Assembly (NCBI GenBank): GCA_951406725.2
Contig: OX597838.1
Location: 8,618,001-8,682,000 of the forward strand
From: Octopus vulgaris
Lineage: Eukaryota
Length of the DNA: 64,000 nucleotides
Direction of reading: 5' to 3'
Shown: piece after piece, positions 60,321 through 64,000 of the stretch
Numbering within the stretch: position 1 is the stretch's first letter
Layout of the letters: each line of letters starts with the position of its first letter
Notes under the pieces: generated by a model
What the model was told of the DNA's origin: nothing
The model's database searches: none
Seen by the model: the letters and a program-made list of their open reading frames with translations, nothing else
Made by a program: the position numbers and the translations under genes

Positions 60321-60522
60321 AGGACGCCATGATAGATCGTTAGCTACTACACGCATTTTTTTCTCTCCTTGTTTTTTTCTGTGTATCTTTCTGTCGAAGA
60401 GCATAGGCTCGAAACGTAAAATACTATTTCTATTTCTATTCCTGAGCGTTATACTAATACATTTGTTTGTTTTGTACTCCACCTACCTCCGTCTTTTGTT
60501 TATTTTCGTAAACTTTCCCTTT
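60321..60522 (+). mobile_element. ~200-bp HHR-bearing short element flanked by (TA)n
   Basis: 60386-60421 UCUUU-CUGUCGA-a-GAGC-auag-GCUC-GAAACGUA-AAA. Confidence 0.82.
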
Positions 60523-60607
60523 ATATATACATATATATGTATGTATATATGTCTGTCTGTCTGTATGTATGTATGTATGTATGTATGTATGTATGTATGT
60601 ATGTATG

Positions 60608-60641
<34 letters not shown>

Positions 60642-60939
60642 TGTATGTATGTATGTATATAAAGCTTTTTTTTTTTGTTTCTTAGCCTTTTACTTCTTTC
60701 AGCCCCTAGACTGCGGCCATGCTGGGGCATCCCCCTTGAAGTGTTTACTCGCACACGTCAACCCCAGCATTGACTTTTAAGTCCGGAAGACTGACGCGTT
60801 ATTGCAAAACAAGAAAAAAAAAAAAAAGAAAAAAAACGGGCAACAGTGAGATTCATAGCTCCTTACTTTCGGGGCATGCGTATAACACACCCCGATCGAC
60901 ATGCTACACCTCCTCTCCTCCCCCTTACACAGACATGCA

Positions 60940-61090
60940 AGTAACGCCATCTAGCGTCTATCGTTGCCTGTACTTTAATGCAAGGACTGGATGCATCTCT
61001 TACCATGATTGGAGTCGGTAATAAAACACGGGAGCGTGGTGGTGCATGTGTCCGCGTGCGCATGCGCGGATTATTTGCTTGCTGATAAGA
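60940..61090. promoter_or_regulatory. Island with CTCF-like, Hox/Cdx, NRF1 and GATA motifs
   Basis: ACGCCATCTAGCG at 60944, GTAATAAAA, TGCGCATGCGC at 61057, TGATAAG. Confidence 0.38.
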
Positions 61091-61198
61091 ATGTTTTAGA
61101 TTTATGAGTTTATATTTGTTTGGGTGTATATCGATAATTAGACACATACTTGCTTAGTTATGTATATATGTATATATATATATTTATATATATGTATG

Positions 61199-61261
<63 letters not shown>

Positions 61262-61275
61262 GTGTGTATGTGTAT

Positions 61276-61320
<45 letters not shown>

Positions 61321-61332
61321 AACGTATATGTG

Positions 61333-61371
<39 letters not shown>

Positions 61372-61375
61372 ATTG

Positions 61376-61409
<34 letters not shown>

Positions 61410-61493
61410 TTGTATGTGTATATATATATATATATACACACATATATATATGTACAGATATATATATGTATTATATATGTGTGTATATATGTG

Positions 61494-61525
<32 letters not shown>

Positions 61526-61874
61526 ATATGTATCTGTGTATATACAACATATGCATGTGTGTATGTGTGTGTGTGTGTGCACAAAGGGAAATTAAGTTGG
61601 TTACGTAGGGGGAATCACGTGTGAAGATTCCATGATAGTCGTCCGTCGGCAAGTTGGGTTAGAAGCGGGTGGGGAAAGAGAAGTGGCTGTGGCGCAGCCG
61701 AATTGTATAGACAAGTGGATAAAGTTTTGCGGGGGAGTATGTGGGTGGCTGGGTATTTCTGTGTGTGTGTGTGTCTTCTACTATAGCTGCAGATAAGTCA
61801 ACTGTGAGTTGAATCAAATAGATGGAAACTAGACTGAAGCTTAACGATAGATAGATAGACAGACAGATATATAA

Positions 61875-61947
<73 letters not shown>

Positions 61948-61992
61948 TAGATAGATAGATAGACAGACAGATAGATAGATAGATAGACAGAC

Positions 61993-62080
<88 letters not shown>

Positions 62081-62140
62081 GATAGATAGATAGATAGACA
62101 GACAGATATATAAATAGATAGATAGATAGATAGATAGATA

Positions 62141-62657
62141 TGTTTCTTTATTAGCCACACAGGGCTGCACACAGATAGAACAAATTACAAGGTAGAGCTT
62201 TTCTTTTGAAGGTTTAAGAAAAGAAAAAAAAAAAAAAAAAAAGGAAGGGGGAGTTTCGATCAAAAGGGATCGTAAAAGGAGAGAAAGAGGACAAAAAAAA
62301 GGGGTTAAAAAAAGGGGGGAGGAAAAAAAATTGATCAATAGGGATCGTTATCACAGAAATGTCAATATGAAGTGTAAAGGGGAGGACAGGTGAGGTTTAC
62401 CCGTGCAAAGAAAAGCCTACGGAAAAGACCACGGTAACCTCGGTCAATGATGTCACATTTTATATTTCTTTTTTTTTTTTTTTTTGCAAATAAGCAACTC
62501 TCTGTTTTCGATTTCTGGGTTCATAGGACTATGCTCAAGGTGGCTTCGTCATTCATACGTGCCATTCTTGCTACATTCACCCATCTTTTTTTAAAACATT
62601 CGCTAGACAAAACTTGCCTCTCTACTCTCACTTTCCTTTTCAAGTGGTACTTGAAAT

Positions 62658-62658
<1 letters not shown>
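62141..62658 (-). mobile_element. Tx1/L1-like LINE 5'-truncated insertion inside (GATA)n
   Basis: [45 protein letters not shown] (stop at 62521), U-rich 3' UTR, AATAAA; (GATA)n on both flanks. Confidence 0.78.
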
Positions 62659-62727
<69 letters not shown>

Positions 62728-62760
62728 GATAGATAGATAGATAGACAGACAGATATATAA

Positions 62761-62910
<150 letters not shown>

Positions 62911-62984
62911 TCGAATTATTATATGTGAATAATTCTCTTTTAATCATTATATATGTCTGACTAAAGTTGTGTAACTGCGCTTTT

Positions 62985-63689
62985 GGATCCCCTTATCACA
63001 AGGGGATCTCCCTTGCCCCGATGCATTTCTCCATGTTCGTCGTCCCGTTGGAGTTGGTGTACACTACCTCAGCCTGGTAGACTACAGCTTCTGTACTGCA
63101 TTGACAATTCAATTAACACTATACCGGTGCCCCTACATTTGCACTCTGCCTCTGACTCTGGTTTAGGGTCATTAACTACAATTTTTTTTCACTTTAGGTA
63201 CGTAGCTAAACTGGAACCTTACGCGATGCCTCTCGAAAATATTCCTATATCTGTGGTCAGGCGTAAAGTTTTTATTTATTAATTCACGGAATAGGTAAAT
63301 ACGCAGGTTTTCCCTTTAAGTGAGAAAGGAGTGACAAACCAGATGTCTTTTAGCAGCGCAAGAGCTAGGCATGTAGACGATGCAATTCTTAAACCTGTTG
63401 GCTGCCAAAGCCACATTATAGTAGAAAACCGCTGCATCGAAGGGTATAGGTTCGAATTCATCCAACTCATACATTTCACAAGGTTTTCGAGCTGGTCTGA
63501 TCAACGACGACTTCTCTTTCGGTTTGCAATAAGGCTTCTATGAACACGTACCTTAAGCGTTAGGTCTAAGGAATGGACTACGGTTAGGTCAATCTCTATA
63601 GCAATCTTGGGCCGTAGGGAATTGAGGATTTCTATATCGTCTTTCCTGAACCTTTCCAGGATTTGCTGGACCTGTGCAGGATTTTCCAT
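62985..63689 (-). pseudogene. Frameshifted coding-like remnant, possibly retrotransposon ORF1
   Basis: Starts MENPAQVQQILERF; successive frames give protein-like segments (YNVALAANRFKNCIVYMP, RVRFQFSYVPKVKK); family not identified. Confidence 0.35.
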
Positions 63690-63729
63690 GACACCATTAG
63701 AGATGATTAAAGAGTTATAGTTTTCTTTT

Positions 63730-64000
63730 TTTTTTACTTGTTTTAGTCCATTAAACTCTGGCCACGCTGAGGCACCGCCTTGAAGAATTTTTAGTCGAAT
63801 GAATCGAAGCCAATACCTGTTTTTTTTTTTTGTTTTTAATCCTGGTACTTCTATCGGTCTCTTTTACCAAAACGCAAGTGACAGGGACGTAAACACATCA
63901 ACAACGGTGGTCAAGCGGTGGTCGGAGACAAACACAAAAACAAAGACATGCATATACATATATATACATACGACGGGTTTCTTTCAGTTTCCGTCTACCA
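63730..64000 (-). mobile_element. SINE family A 3' part, cut by the window edge
   Basis: Tail and body match family A. Confidence 0.8.

Overview
Repeat-saturated animal genomic DNA, most likely an octopus (coleoid cephalopod) intergenic or intronic region, judged from the SINE families and the dense (TA)n, (CA)n, (GATA)n, (TAA)n, (CAT)n and (GGT)n microsatellites. I find no intact host protein-coding gene; almost all ORFs in the track are translated microsatellites. The real coding remnants come from transposons: a Penelope GIY-YIG endonuclease end, R4/Dong-like and a second REL-endonuclease LINE, Tx1/L1-like and RTE LINE ends, and Tc1 and mariner transposase pieces. There is also a complete non-autonomous Helitron, three tRNA-headed SINE families and a ~555-bp (TAA)n-associated retroposon. 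The main signal is RNA structure: about a dozen hammerhead-ribozyme (HHR) motifs sit in short elements embedded in (TA)n. Three of them (59232-59319 +, 59540-59625 +, 22230-22321 -) carry the complete catalytic core in a non-circularly permuted, pseudoknotted strand order with covarying stems, and two of these add a textbook kink-turn. Short unique islands hold clustered transcription-factor motifs, three co-oriented CTCF-like sites and a possible promoter. 25575-26890 looks like a garbled assembly copy of the preceding 2 kb. All structure calls are by eye and untested.
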